Assembly (NCBI GenBank): GCA_009885745.1
Contig: VFKC01000026.1
Span: forward strand, 1-57,567
DNA length: 57,567 bases
Origin: Actinomycetota bacterium
GTDB taxonomy: Bacteria; Actinomycetota; Actinomycetes; S36-B12; UBA5976
Direction: 5' to 3'
The notes beneath the pieces are model-generated. The model did no database searches. It saw nothing but the letters and a program-made list of their open reading frames with translations, and was not told where the DNA came from. Position 1 is the first letter of the stretch. Each line of letters starts with the position of its first letter. Shown here in pieces: positions 32,159 through 41,745 of the stretch. The translations under genes and the position numbers were made by a program.

Positions 32159-33379
32159 ATGACAATTCGCAAAGTAGCTTTATTGACCGCAGGTGGCCTT
32201 GCTCCCTGCTTATCCTCCGCCGTTGGCGCCTTAATTGAGCAATACACCGCTGTTGCCCCTGATGTTGAAATCATCGCTTACCGCAATGGCTATCACGGTC
32301 TCCTGCGTGGTGACTCATTTGTGGTGACCCAAGAGGTTCGAGATAAGGCGCACTTGTTGCAAGATTTTGGTGGCAGTCCAATCGGTAACAGTAGAGTGAA
32401 ATTGACTAACGTAGCTGATTGCGTTGCCCGTGGATTAGTTAAAGAGGGACAAGATCCACAACAAGTTGCCGCCGACCAATTGGTTAAAGATGGCGTTGAT
32501 GTTTTGCACACTATTGGTGGAGATGACACCAACACGGCCGCTGCTGACCTTGCGGCGTTCTTGGCCAAAAACAACTACGGCCTTGGCGTGGTTGGATTGC
32601 CGAAGACAATTGACAATGATGTTTTCCCAATCGCACAATCGCTAGGCGCTTGGACCGCTGCAGATGAAGGTGCTCATTACTTCAGCAATGTTGTCTCAGA
32701 GCACACTTCAAATCCGCGCATGTTGATTGTTCATGAAGTGATGGGTCGTCACTGTGGGTGGCTAACCGCCGCTACCGCCCTGAGTTATCGCAACTTACTG
32801 GATGAGCAAGAGTGGTTGGAATCTTTCGGTTTGCTTCAAGCGCGTCGCGATGTTCATGCCGTGTATGTTCCTGAGTTGGATATTGATTTGGATGCTGAAG
32901 CAAGTCGCTTGAGTGGCATCATGGACACCCTCGGGAATGTGAATATTTTCCTTTCCGAAGGCGCTGGTGTTGACTCAATAGTCGCTGAACTAAAGAGCCG
33001 CGGCGAGGAAGTTCCAGTGGATCCATTCGGTCACGTCAAAATCGACAAAATCAATCCTGGTGCATGGTTCGCCAATCAGTTCGCACCGATGATTGGTGCA
33101 GAAAAAGTACTCGTGCAAAAGAGCGGGTACTACGCTCGTTCAGCTCCTGCCAATGAACGTGATCGCAAACTTATTAAGGATTGCGCGATTGTTGCAGTGC
33201 AGGCGGCGCTTGATGGCGTAAGTGGCCTTGTAGGTATGGACGAGAATGCCAATAATGTCATTCGAGCCTGTGAATTCGAACGTGTTGCTGGTGGAAAGGC
33301 TTTTGACGTTGACCAAGATTGGTTCACTGAATTGCTAAGCGAAATTGGTCAGCCTAAAGGCGCGACTCTGCACCATTAA
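32159..33379 (+). CDS. pfp: Pyrophosphate--fructose-6-phosphate 1-phosphotransferase
   Basis: TAGGLAPC, GGDDT, PKTIDND, EVMGRHCG; TAGATT 7 nt before ATG 32159. Confidence 0.92.
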   Translation: MTIRKVALLTAGGLAPCLSSAVGALIEQYTAVAPDVEIIAYRNGYHGLLRGDSFVVTQEVRDKAHLLQDFGGSPIGNSRVKLTNVADCVARGLVKEGQDPQQVAADQLVKDGVDVLHTIGGDDTNTAAADLAAFLAKNNYGLGVVGLPKTIDNDVFPIAQSLGAWTAADEGAHYFSNVVSEHTSNPRMLIVHEVMGRHCGWLTAATALSYRNLLDEQEWLESFGLLQARRDVHAVYVPELDIDLDAEASRLSGIMDTLGNVNIFLSEGAGVDSIVAELKSRGEEVPVDPFGHVKIDKINPGAWFANQFAPMIGAEKVLVQKSGYYARSAPANERDRKLIKDCAIVAVQAALDGVSGLVGMDENANNVIRACEFERVAGGKAFDVDQDWFTELLSEIGQPKGATLHH

Positions 33380-33397
33380 CTCGGGCTAAGTTTTTGC

Positions 33398-33442
33398 GAT
33401 TTGAGTGGGATCCTGTTTTGACTGGGTTCCACTCAAATCTTT
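33398..33442. terminator. Probable terminator hairpin between convergent pfp and plsC
   Basis: gatttgagtgggatcc / gggttccactcaaatc 16-bp stem (2 G-U) followed by ttt. Confidence 0.7.
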
Positions 33443-33464
33443 GGGACCAATATTCTTTAAAAAC

Positions 33465-34178
33465 TTACTTCGGATTGGCCCGAGAGCGTGATGCGTACTT
33501 ATCAACGTACTCTTGGCCCGATAATTCCATGATTTTGTAAGTAATCTCATCGGTAAGTGAGCGCAACACGAATCGGTCATCTTCCATTCCGTAGTAACGA
33601 GAAAAATCCAGTGGCTTGCCGATGTTTATGCCAACATCTACGTTGAAGTTAGGACGCACTCGTCCAACAGGTTGCACTTTGTCTGTATTCACCATAGCTA
33701 CGGGTATCACTTGGACTCTAGCTTCGAGAGCCATTCGAGCCACACCGGTTTTGCCACGGTAAAGGCGACCATCTGGAGATCTTGTTCCCTCAGGGTAAAT
33801 ACCTAAGAGATGGCCTTCGTTAAGCAGGCGCACCCCAGTTGAAATTGCTGCGGTACCCGCGTTGCCACCTGTGCGATCAACTGGAACTTGGCCAGCGCCT
33901 CTAAAAAATGCTCCCGTTACCTTGCCGCGAATACCTGGGGCATTGAAATATTCGGCCTTTGCCAGAAAAGTAATTTTTCTTGGCACCGCCACTGGAAGAA
34001 AGATGGAGTCTGAAAATGAGAGGTGATTACTTGCCAAGATGGCAGCACCATCGGTTGGGATATTCTCCAAACCCTTTACCCACGGATTAAAACTAATGTC
34101 GATGGCTGGACCAATCGCAACACTTTTCAGGAACCGATAAAAACCATCATTTTCTGACACATCTATTACCGTAGCCAT
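33465..34178 (-). CDS. plsC: 1-acyl-sn-glycerol-3-phosphate acyltransferase
   Basis: NHLSFSD, YPEGTRSPDG motifs. Confidence 0.93.
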   Translation of the reverse strand: MATVIDVSENDGFYRFLKSVAIGPAIDISFNPWVKGLENIPTDGAAILASNHLSFSDSIFLPVAVPRKITFLAKAEYFNAPGIRGKVTGAFFRGAGQVPVDRTGGNAGTAAISTGVRLLNEGHLLGIYPEGTRSPDGRLYRGKTGVARMALEARVQVIPVAMVNTDKVQPVGRVRPNFNVDVGINIGKPLDFSRYYGMEDDRFVLRSLTDEITYKIMELSGQEYVDKYASRSRANPK

Positions 34179-34318
34179 TCGGGCCAGTATTACAAACTTG
34201 ACACACGTATAGCGGCCTAGGTCTATTCACCTTGAGCACAGGTAAGTAAAGAGAGACCGGTCTAAAAAGGTCTATAACAAATCGGTAGTAACAAGATAAT
34301 TTCCGCTAACCTAAATGG

Positions 34319-36139
34319 ATGAGTAGCACGCAAGAGTCCCGATTAAAATTCATCAGCGAACCGAGTTTGGTGGATCTTCCTCCAGTAGGGAACCTTACTG
34401 ATCACGTAGAACACAATGCGCTTCAATTTCCCAGCGCACCAGTCATTTCAGTTCAATCAGAAAAAACATGGCATGACATCTCAAGTTTGGAGTTTCAAAC
34501 ACAAGTACAAAATCTCGCCAAAGGTCTAATGGCAGATGGTATCGAACCTGGACAGCGAATAGCCATTTTTTCACGCACGAATTATCAGTGGACACTAGCG
34601 GATTATGCGATTTGGTATGCCGGCGCAATCTCAGTACCAATCTATGAAACATCATCCCCAGAACAGATTGAATGGATGATGACCGATAGTGGCGTAGTTG
34701 CTACTTTCTTTGAAACTCAGCGCAACGTTCAAACATTTGAATCAGTATCGGCAAATGTCCCTCTCATGACCCGAACTTATGTATTTAACGAAAATGCAAT
34801 TGATGACTTGACGGCCAAGGGAATGAGCATCACCGACGAGCAACTTGATGAGCGTCGCAAATTGGCCACTCATGAAGACTTAGCCACCATCATCTACACA
34901 TCGGGTACGACTGGGCGGCCAAAAGGATGCATGCTGACTCACGGTAATTTGATGTCCGAATCTGACAATCTAATCGCTGGCATACCTGAGATATTTGCAG
35001 TACCCGGAGCTTCAACTTTGCTTTTCTTACCTCTTGCACATGTTTTCGGACGCATGATTGAGGTTGCAATGATTCGCTCCCGAGTAACCATTGGCCATTG
35101 CCCCAACCCGGCATTTCTTTTACAAGAGATGGGCTCATTCAAACCAACTTTTTTATTGGCAGTGCCTCGCGTATTTGAAAAAGTATTCAACGGTGCAAGT
35201 TCCAAGGCTCATAATGCTGGAAAGTTAAAAGGCGCCATCTTTGATCGGGCAACGAGTGTCGCAATCAAATATAGCGAAGCGATTTCAGTGGGTCAGATAC
35301 CAATCTCGCTGCGCATACAACATGGCCTTTACGATCGACTGGTCTATTCAAAACTGCGAACAGCAATGGGCGCAAGGGTGACCCATGCCATCTCTGGTGG
35401 CGCATCGCTGGGTGAACGGCTTGGACATTATTTTCGTGGCCTGGGCTTAATGGTCCTTGAGGGCTATGGCTTAACAGAAACCACCGCTGGCACTTCACTG
35501 AACATTCCAGGCGCTATAAAAATTGGATCGGTTGGTCGCCCGGTTTTTGGCACATCAATCCGAATTGCAGATGACGGCGAGATCGAACTTATGGGTGCGC
35601 ACATCTTTAAGGGATACTGGCAAAACGCCCAAGCAACAGCAGAATCCTTCACTGCGGATGGCTGGTTGAAAACAGGAGACATTGGGCATTTGGACCAGGA
35701 TGGATTCCTCTACATAACTGGGCGTAAGAAGGAAATCCTGGTTACAAATGGGGGCAAAAATGTTGCTCCAGCGGTTTTAGAGGACCGACTTAGGGCTAAT
35801 CCCATAATTAGTCAGTGTGTGGTCGTTGGAGATGCCAGGCCATTTATTGCGGCCCTGATTACCTTGGATACTGATGCCCTGCCCGGAATACTTGCCTCGC
35901 ATGATATTGAAATGGGCTCACTGGATGATCTTGTGAATGACAAGCGAGTCCGCGAAATTGTGCAGCGAGTAATCAATGTCGCTAATGAGGCTGTTTCCAA
36001 TTCTGAAGCGATTAAGAAGTTTGTTATTCTTGAGACCGATTTTACTGTCGAAAACGGATATTTGACTCCTAAGATGAGCATCAAGAGACATCTAGTCACT
36101 GATGACTTTGCCAACCAAATCGCATCACTCTACAACTAG
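34319..36139 (+). CDS. Long-chain fatty acid--CoA ligase (FadD15-like)
   Basis: YTSGTTGRPKG, EGYGLTET, TGDIG, GRKKE, GGKNVAP. Confidence 0.93.
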   Translation: MSSTQESRLKFISEPSLVDLPPVGNLTDHVEHNALQFPSAPVISVQSEKTWHDISSLEFQTQVQNLAKGLMADGIEPGQRIAIFSRTNYQWTLADYAIWYAGAISVPIYETSSPEQIEWMMTDSGVVATFFETQRNVQTFESVSANVPLMTRTYVFNENAIDDLTAKGMSITDEQLDERRKLATHEDLATIIYTSGTTGRPKGCMLTHGNLMSESDNLIAGIPEIFAVPGASTLLFLPLAHVFGRMIEVAMIRSRVTIGHCPNPAFLLQEMGSFKPTFLLAVPRVFEKVFNGASSKAHNAGKLKGAIFDRATSVAIKYSEAISVGQIPISLRIQHGLYDRLVYSKLRTAMGARVTHAISGGASLGERLGHYFRGLGLMVLEGYGLTETTAGTSLNIPGAIKIGSVGRPVFGTSIRIADDGEIELMGAHIFKGYWQNAQATAESFTADGWLKTGDIGHLDQDGFLYITGRKKEILVTNGGKNVAPAVLEDRLRANPIISQCVVVGDARPFIAALITLDTDALPGILASHDIEMGSLDDLVNDKRVREIVQRVINVANEAVSNSEAIKKFVILETDFTVENGYLTPKMSIKRHLVTDDFANQIASLYN

Positions 36140-36147
36140 GAAATGCT

Positions 36148-37341
36148 TTGAATTTGCTTTCACGCACAATAATTATTTTCAGTGGCTGGGCAATTACAAG
36201 AGCGATAGCCATCTATGCCGCCGTCCAAACGGCTCGTCCTGTTTCGGGTTGGCTGGCAGATGTTGCCCTGTACAACTGGTGGGCAGAAAACATCTCCAAC
36301 GGTCAATTTCCGCTAAATGATCCGATGTGGCAATACCCTCCCCTAGCTGCGCTAATTTTTTGCTTCGCTCATGCCCTCGGTCCTGGCTCTGTGGGGTTTG
36401 TCGCTTTTGCTCTCTTGGCTGATTTGGGAATTATGGCCTTGATAATGAAACATGCCAAAAGGCTTGCAACCTTAAACCCATTCCCACCATTGATTTGGGT
36501 AGCAGCACCAATTTTTATTGGACCAATTATGTTTGGGCGACTGGATATTTTCCCGACACTAGCGATGGTTGCCGCGCTAATTCTCTTTTCCTCGCCAAAC
36601 GCATTCGGCGCACTTGTAGCTCTTGGTGCATTGCTGAAAGTCTGGCCAGTGCTTGGTCTGATAGCCACGCCGCGCGCAGCTGCTTCAAAGGTATTCACCG
36701 CCTTCACTGTGACTTTTGTAAGTGGCTCTCTAATCATGATCGCTTGGTGGCCGGGAAGTTTCTCTTTCATCACTGGCCAGCGATCTAGAGGTTTACAAAT
36801 TGAATCAGTTGGTGCTTTGCCACACATGATTTGGAACGCAGGACCGAAAGACATAAAGATTGAGTTACTTTATGGAGCAGTCGAAGTTGTTGCATCTGGA
36901 ACAAGACTCGTCTGCCTCTTGATTACCGCAGTTGGTGCAGTACTTCTAGGAAATCTCATTTGGCGTCGATACCGCGGAGGATTAGAGCATGTCGAAGCCA
37001 GCGACTTGACCTTGCTTGCGGTGCTAATTTCAATGGTGACTAGCAGAGTATTGTCACCACAATATATAGTCTGGATTGTGGCATTGCTTGCAGTATGCGC
37101 ATTCAAACCACAACGTCATTTTGCCTGGATTGTCGGATTGATACTCACCAGTTCACTGTGTGGGTCAATAATATATCCGGCTATGTACATTGAATTTGAA
37201 ATTGGCGAGTTGTTGCCAGTAACACTTCATACAATTCGAATCGTGACTCTGATTGCAGCAACCTACTTGTGCTGGTCAAACCTAAAAATCAAACCAGCTG
37301 ATCAGGGTCGTGTCCAGAAAGCATCTGCTTTAGTCGGTTAA
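36148..37341 (+). CDS. GT87/GT-C membrane glycosyltransferase (mannosyltransferase-like)
   Basis: WQYPP, GRLD, LKVWP, RGLQIES, VLSPQY; multi-TM; start uncertain (TTG). Confidence 0.8.
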   Translation: MNLLSRTIIIFSGWAITRAIAIYAAVQTARPVSGWLADVALYNWWAENISNGQFPLNDPMWQYPPLAALIFCFAHALGPGSVGFVAFALLADLGIMALIMKHAKRLATLNPFPPLIWVAAPIFIGPIMFGRLDIFPTLAMVAALILFSSPNAFGALVALGALLKVWPVLGLIATPRAAASKVFTAFTVTFVSGSLIMIAWWPGSFSFITGQRSRGLQIESVGALPHMIWNAGPKDIKIELLYGAVEVVASGTRLVCLLITAVGAVLLGNLIWRRYRGGLEHVEASDLTLLAVLISMVTSRVLSPQYIVWIVALLAVCAFKPQRHFAWIVGLILTSSLCGSIIYPAMYIEFEIGELLPVTLHTIRIVTLIAATYLCWSNLKIKPADQGRVQKASALVG

Positions 37342-38473
37342 ATGAGTAATCCCAGGTCCAGGATTGCTCAACCCATGCTCGGCCGGCGATTCCCATTTGC
37401 TTGGCTAGTTCTGGATCATTCAATAAATGAACAATTGCCCCAGCTACTGGCTTTTCGTTCCTTGCATCGACTATAAATCCAGTTACTCCCTCAATAACTG
37501 CATCAGGAGCGCCACCTGAATCTCCCGCCACTACGGGTAATCCTGTTGCAGATGCCTCAAGATATACAATTCCTAGCCCTTCAACATCCCATCCGGCTGC
37601 TCGTGTTCGACACGGCATTGCAAACACATCACCGACGGCATACCAAGTTGGCAAATCTTCTTTTGCAACTTTCCCAGTGAAAAAAACATCCTGTTCAAGA
37701 TCAAGAGTCTGAATTCGTTTCTCTAATTGTGGTCTGTATGGACCATCTCCAACAATCAAAAGAGCAACATCTGGAATCTCTTGTTTTATCAAAGACATAG
37801 CTTCAATGAGAGTGTCCTGACCTTTACGCGCCATAATTCTGGACACACATACAATCACTGGACGGTTCTGCAATCCAATTTGTTCACGAAAAATGTGGGC
37901 TAATTCCTTACGACGTGGATGGAATTCTTCGGTATCAACACCTGGAGTCAATTGGCGCAGGTTGCTTGCATCTTCGGGCTCGAGTGCGGCAGAAATCCTT
38001 TTTTGGGTATAGGGGCCTAAGTAGGTCAATCGATTGGTGTACTCCCCGATCCGACCTAAAGCTTGACGAGTACCGGGTGTTGATGCCCAGCCCGCCTCGT
38101 GTCCATGTGTAATTCCGATGATTACTTCAACACCGAGTTCACGCAACTCCTTGGCCAGCAATCCCAAAGGTGCAGCCGCGCCAAACACCACACGAGTAAT
38201 ACTCTTTTGTTCAATTATTCTGATTGCTTCAAGCAGAGTTGCTTTCTTTGGTAGGAGAATTTCGGTATCCATCCGAACAACTTCCCAAGCATGTTGCGAA
38301 TCAAACTCCTCGGCACCCGCAAAGCTTGATGTGAGAACTGTTACGGAGTCGGCCGCAAACCTTCGCACCATTTCAAAAACGAAAGTCTGAATACCGCCAG
38401 ACCGAGGCGGGTAGTCATTAGTTATTACGAGTGTTTGCTCACCAGATACTGATAACGGTGCAGCAACATTCAC
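37289..38473 (-). CDS. GT4 glycosyltransferase, PimB'-like (Rv2188c family)
   Basis: TNDYPPRSGGIQ, THGHE, RKGQD, EGLGIVYLEASATGLPVVAGDSGGAPD; start 38473 or 38482. Confidence 0.9.
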   Translation of the reverse strand: MNVAAPLSVSGEQTLVITNDYPPRSGGIQTFVFEMVRRFAADSVTVLTSSFAGAEEFDSQHAWEVVRMDTEILLPKKATLLEAIRIIEQKSITRVVFGAAAPLGLLAKELRELGVEVIIGITHGHEAGWASTPGTRQALGRIGEYTNRLTYLGPYTQKRISAALEPEDASNLRQLTPGVDTEEFHPRRKELAHIFREQIGLQNRPVIVCVSRIMARKGQDTLIEAMSLIKQEIPDVALLIVGDGPYRPQLEKRIQTLDLEQDVFFTGKVAKEDLPTWYAVGDVFAMPCRTRAAGWDVEGLGIVYLEASATGLPVVAGDSGGAPDAVIEGVTGFIVDARNEKPVAGAIVHLLNDPELAKQMGIAGRAWVEQSWTWDYSFNRLKQMLSGHDPDQLV

Positions 38474-38495
38474 GCCTTCCATTCTGTCGTATCTT

Positions 38496-38735
38496 TTAGC
38501 GACCAACTGCATCTTTTTGTTCAAAAGTGACGATTTCGTCACTCTCGCTATTTTCAGGTGAAATTGCATCATTGGTCAGCAGGCGTAACGGTGGAACTAG
38601 ACCAGCGTTAGCTAATACCGCGAATGAATCCTTATGTTCCTCGATTGATCCACCGATTGGACCAATCAATAGTGAAACCACGCAATCACCACAGGCAAGA
38701 TCGCGCATCACACAGCTTTGACAATCTACTAACAT
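38496..38735 (-). CDS. Small Cys-rich conserved hypothetical protein (CxxC-x6-CxxC)
   Basis: MLVDCQSCVMRDLACGDCVVSLL...LANAGLVPPLRL; GAGGAA SD. Confidence 0.8.
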   Translation of the reverse strand: MLVDCQSCVMRDLACGDCVVSLLIGPIGGSIEEHKDSFAVLANAGLVPPLRLLTNDAISPENSESDEIVTFEQKDAVGR

Positions 38736-38770
38736 CGTTTCCTCATTCCTAGCAATTACTAATTAAAATC

Positions 38771-38792
38771 AAAATAGAAGACAGGTAAGACA
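38771..38792 (-). promoter_or_regulatory. Weak PafBC/RecA-NDp-like promoter for the Cys-rich gene
   Basis: TGTCTT-N10-TATTTT; second partial copy TGTCTG-N10-TA just upstream. Confidence 0.4.
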
Positions 38793-38852
38793 TATTTCTT
38801 AAATCAGACACGCCGATGATCTGCGCATGCAAATACATGCTCACATCGCTCA

Positions 38853-38874
38853 TGTCGCAGCTAAGTTGTAAAGT
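38853..38874 (+). promoter_or_regulatory. PafBC/RecA-NDp-type DNA-damage promoter
   Basis: TGTCGC-N10-TAAAGT versus consensus TGTCGG-N10-TANNNT; 6 nt before ATG of a repair nuclease. Confidence 0.65.
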
Positions 38875-38880
38875 CCAACT

Positions 38881-40653
38881 ATGAATAAGGAGAACTTGGG
38901 TGCATTGACTCCTCTTCAAGACACCCAAGATGTCTATCTTTCGGAACAAATGGAACCGGATTTTTATCCACTTACCTTTGATGACATTGCCACACCACTG
39001 AATCAAGTAACTTTTGTGATTGTGGACTTAGAAACCGCTGGCGGACCCGCCAATGAGGCTGGGATAACCGAAATCGGAGCGGTTAAAGTCCGAGGTGGTG
39101 AAGTGCTTGGCGAGTTTAGGACATTTACCAATCCAGGAGTACCAATCCCACCATTTATTAGTGCCTTGACTGGAATCACGCAATTTCATGTAGCGGATGC
39201 GCCTAGTGTGCGCGAAGGGGTCTCGGCATTCCTGGATTTTGCAGGTTTTGGGCAACCAGATGGACCTGTACTCGTTGCCCACAATGCGCCATTTGATGTT
39301 GGGTTCCTATTTGGTGCTTGTAAGAAATTCGACATAAGTTGGACTAGACCCAGAATTTTGGACACCGTGATCATCGCCCGAAAAGTTCTGCGAAATGGCG
39401 AGGTAATTAATAACAAACTGAGCACATTAGCAAAGTACTTTCATGCGCAAACCACACCAACACATCGCGCCTTGGATGACGCTCGGGCAACTGTCACAGT
39501 GCTCTATGGCCTAATTGAAAGACTCGGTAACCTAGGTGTTAGCGATCTTGAAGCACTCGCTAAGTTTGATGGCGCTGCAACTGAAAAGCGCAGACTCAAA
39601 CGCCATCTCGCTGATGAGTTACCCGAGTCACCTGGCGTTTACATCTTTTATGATGCGAAAAAGTTTCCACTGTACGTGGGCACTTCAACAAACATAAAAC
39701 GCCGCGTGAAAACTTATTTCACTGCAAGCGAGAGTCGCAAACAGATCAACTCAATGATCGCGCTGGCCGAGTCAGTGGAAGCGATTGTTTGTGCGAGTTC
39801 CCTTGAGGCATTTATCCGTGAACTGAGACTAATCGCTGAGTTAAAACCTCGCTACAACATCCGGTCCAGAAAGCCAGAAAGTACGGCGTGGGTGCGCGTA
39901 ACAGAAGAGAGGTTCCCAAGGCTTTCAATAATTCGTAAGGGTAACACCAGCGAAAAAGGTGACCGAATAATCGGACCTTTCCATGGACAGCAACAAGCCG
40001 AGCTAGCCATTGCGGCTGTCTATGATGTTTTACCTATTCGTCAATGCAAGGAAAAAATCACAAAAGCAACAAGTATGACGCCTTGCGTGCTTGCCGAGAT
40101 TAATCGATGTGTTGCTCCATGCGTTGATGGGTCAAGCAATGAAGATTACCTCGAACTCATTGATGAACTCGACACTCTGATGACACAGAATCACGCAGGG
40201 CTGGTTAACAATCTGACTTCTAAAATGGAGTCTCTTGCCCAATCTGAGCGTTTCGAAGATGCTCAAATAATTCGAGATCGACTAAACGCATTCAGGCTCG
40301 GCTCACATAGAGCTGCTGCCGTACGCTCGTTAAGAGTTATTCCCGAGATGGTCGCTGTTTCCAACACGCCTACCGGAGGGTGGCAAATCAATGTCATCAA
40401 ACGAGGAAGACTCGCAGCTAGTGTGCACGCATTACCGGGACAAGATGCCCAAGCACTGGCTAAAGCCGCTCTAGTCACAAGTGCTGCTGACATTGATCAA
40501 GAAACTCTAGTGGGCGAAACAGAAGCACTTCTGCGCTGGTTAGGGGACGGCCACACACGAATCGTGGAAATTTCGCCCGGATGCACTTGGTCTATGCCTG
40601 TTGGCCTAGGACTCCCTGCTGGCATGAGGCAGAGACTAAATCAGCCCGATTAA
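38881..40653 (+). CDS. DEDDh exonuclease fused to GIY-YIG/UvrC-like endonuclease (Rv2191 family)
   Basis: VDLETAGG, AHNAPFD, HRALDDA; PGVYIF..LYVGTS..RRVKTYF; Cys cluster; ERFEDA..RD UVR motif. Confidence 0.9.
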   Translation: MNKENLGALTPLQDTQDVYLSEQMEPDFYPLTFDDIATPLNQVTFVIVDLETAGGPANEAGITEIGAVKVRGGEVLGEFRTFTNPGVPIPPFISALTGITQFHVADAPSVREGVSAFLDFAGFGQPDGPVLVAHNAPFDVGFLFGACKKFDISWTRPRILDTVIIARKVLRNGEVINNKLSTLAKYFHAQTTPTHRALDDARATVTVLYGLIERLGNLGVSDLEALAKFDGAATEKRRLKRHLADELPESPGVYIFYDAKKFPLYVGTSTNIKRRVKTYFTASESRKQINSMIALAESVEAIVCASSLEAFIRELRLIAELKPRYNIRSRKPESTAWVRVTEERFPRLSIIRKGNTSEKGDRIIGPFHGQQQAELAIAAVYDVLPIRQCKEKITKATSMTPCVLAEINRCVAPCVDGSSNEDYLELIDELDTLMTQNHAGLVNNLTSKMESLAQSERFEDAQIIRDRLNAFRLGSHRAAAVRSLRVIPEMVAVSNTPTGGWQINVIKRGRLAASVHALPGQDAQALAKAALVTSAADIDQETLVGETEALLRWLGDGHTRIVEISPGCTWSMPVGLGLPAGMRQRLNQPD

Positions 40654-41732
40654 AGTTTTATCAATTCCTGGGTGACCCTAATCCATCGAGCGAGTGCCTT
40701 TTGAGCACCACCATCATCAATGGACTTGAAAGCTAACGGCAACGCATTGCGAATGCGAGAATTTAGGGTTGCGGTTACCTCGCCAAATCTTGAATCACCA
40801 TTGGCAGCATCAAAAGCGACCATTGCCGCGGCCGCGTTAAGAGCTACTACTTCGCGGATGACAGCCAGATCCCCCTCATTGGATCCTGCTAGCAAGTCGC
40901 GGACAACTTGTGCATTTTGAGATGCGTCTGCGCCACGTAATTGTTCCAATGTCGAGACCTGCAAACCTAGCGCCTGAGGATCAATAACCTCGTGTCGCAA
41001 ATACCCAGATGTCGTGTCCCAGGCTTGCGAAGTGCTCGAGGTTGATAGTTCATCCAAACCCTCATCGCTGCGAACGATAATCGATTGCAGCCCTCGTTCA
41101 AGTTGTACTTGTGCGAGCACCGGTGCCATCCGAATGTCAGCGCAACCAAGAAGAGCCGCCGGCGGCTGACCTGGATTTGCCAATGGTCCCAACACATTAA
41201 AGACCGTTGGAATTGCCAGCTCTTTGCGCACAGGACCTGCATAACGCATGGCTGGATGGTGATTCGGCGCAAAACAAAAAGCGATTCCTGCATCAACTAA
41301 ACATGTTGCGACATGTTCTGGCGCAATTGAAATTTCTACACCTAGCGCCTCGAGCACATCAGCCGTACCCGACTTCGAGGAAGCGGCACGGTTGCCGTGC
41401 TTAAGAACGGGTATGCCGGCTCCAGCGACAACGATTGCTGACATCGTGGAAATATTTACGGTATTCGCACCATCGCCGCCTGTACCGACTACATCAACCG
41501 ACACTCGTCCAACTGGCACGAGTACTGCGTTATTAAGCATTGCCGTAACTAAACCAGAAATCTCAGTTGCTGTTTCGCCCTTGACTTTAAGTCCAAACAC
41601 AAATGCAGAAATTTGTGCATCTGTTGCAGTCCCCGACATCAAGGTTTGCATAGCCCACACGGACTGCTCAGTTGTTAAATCTACCCGAGCACCTAAAACC
41701 GCAAGAATGTCTTTCCATTGAAACTCAGACAT
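40650..41732 (-). CDS. trpD: Anthranilate phosphoribosyltransferase
   Basis: DVVGTGGDG..TVNIST, KHGNRAASSKSG.ADVLE, FNVLGPL.NP, GLDE. Confidence 0.97.
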   Translation of the reverse strand: MSEFQWKDILAVLGARVDLTTEQSVWAMQTLMSGTATDAQISAFVFGLKVKGETATEISGLVTAMLNNAVLVPVGRVSVDVVGTGGDGANTVNISTMSAIVVAGAGIPVLKHGNRAASSKSGTADVLEALGVEISIAPEHVATCLVDAGIAFCFAPNHHPAMRYAGPVRKELAIPTVFNVLGPLANPGQPPAALLGCADIRMAPVLAQVQLERGLQSIIVRSDEGLDELSTSSTSQAWDTTSGYLRHEVIDPQALGLQVSTLEQLRGADASQNAQVVRDLLAGSNEGDLAVIREVVALNAAAAMVAFDAANGDSRFGEVTATLNSRIRNALPLAFKSIDDGGAQKALARWIRVTQELIKL

Positions 41733-41745
41733 ATTCCTGCCTCAA

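Noticed and set aside
38749-39006. 85-aa minus-strand ORF across the promoter region
   Set aside because: No recognisable motifs; overlaps the nuclease gene and promoter elements.
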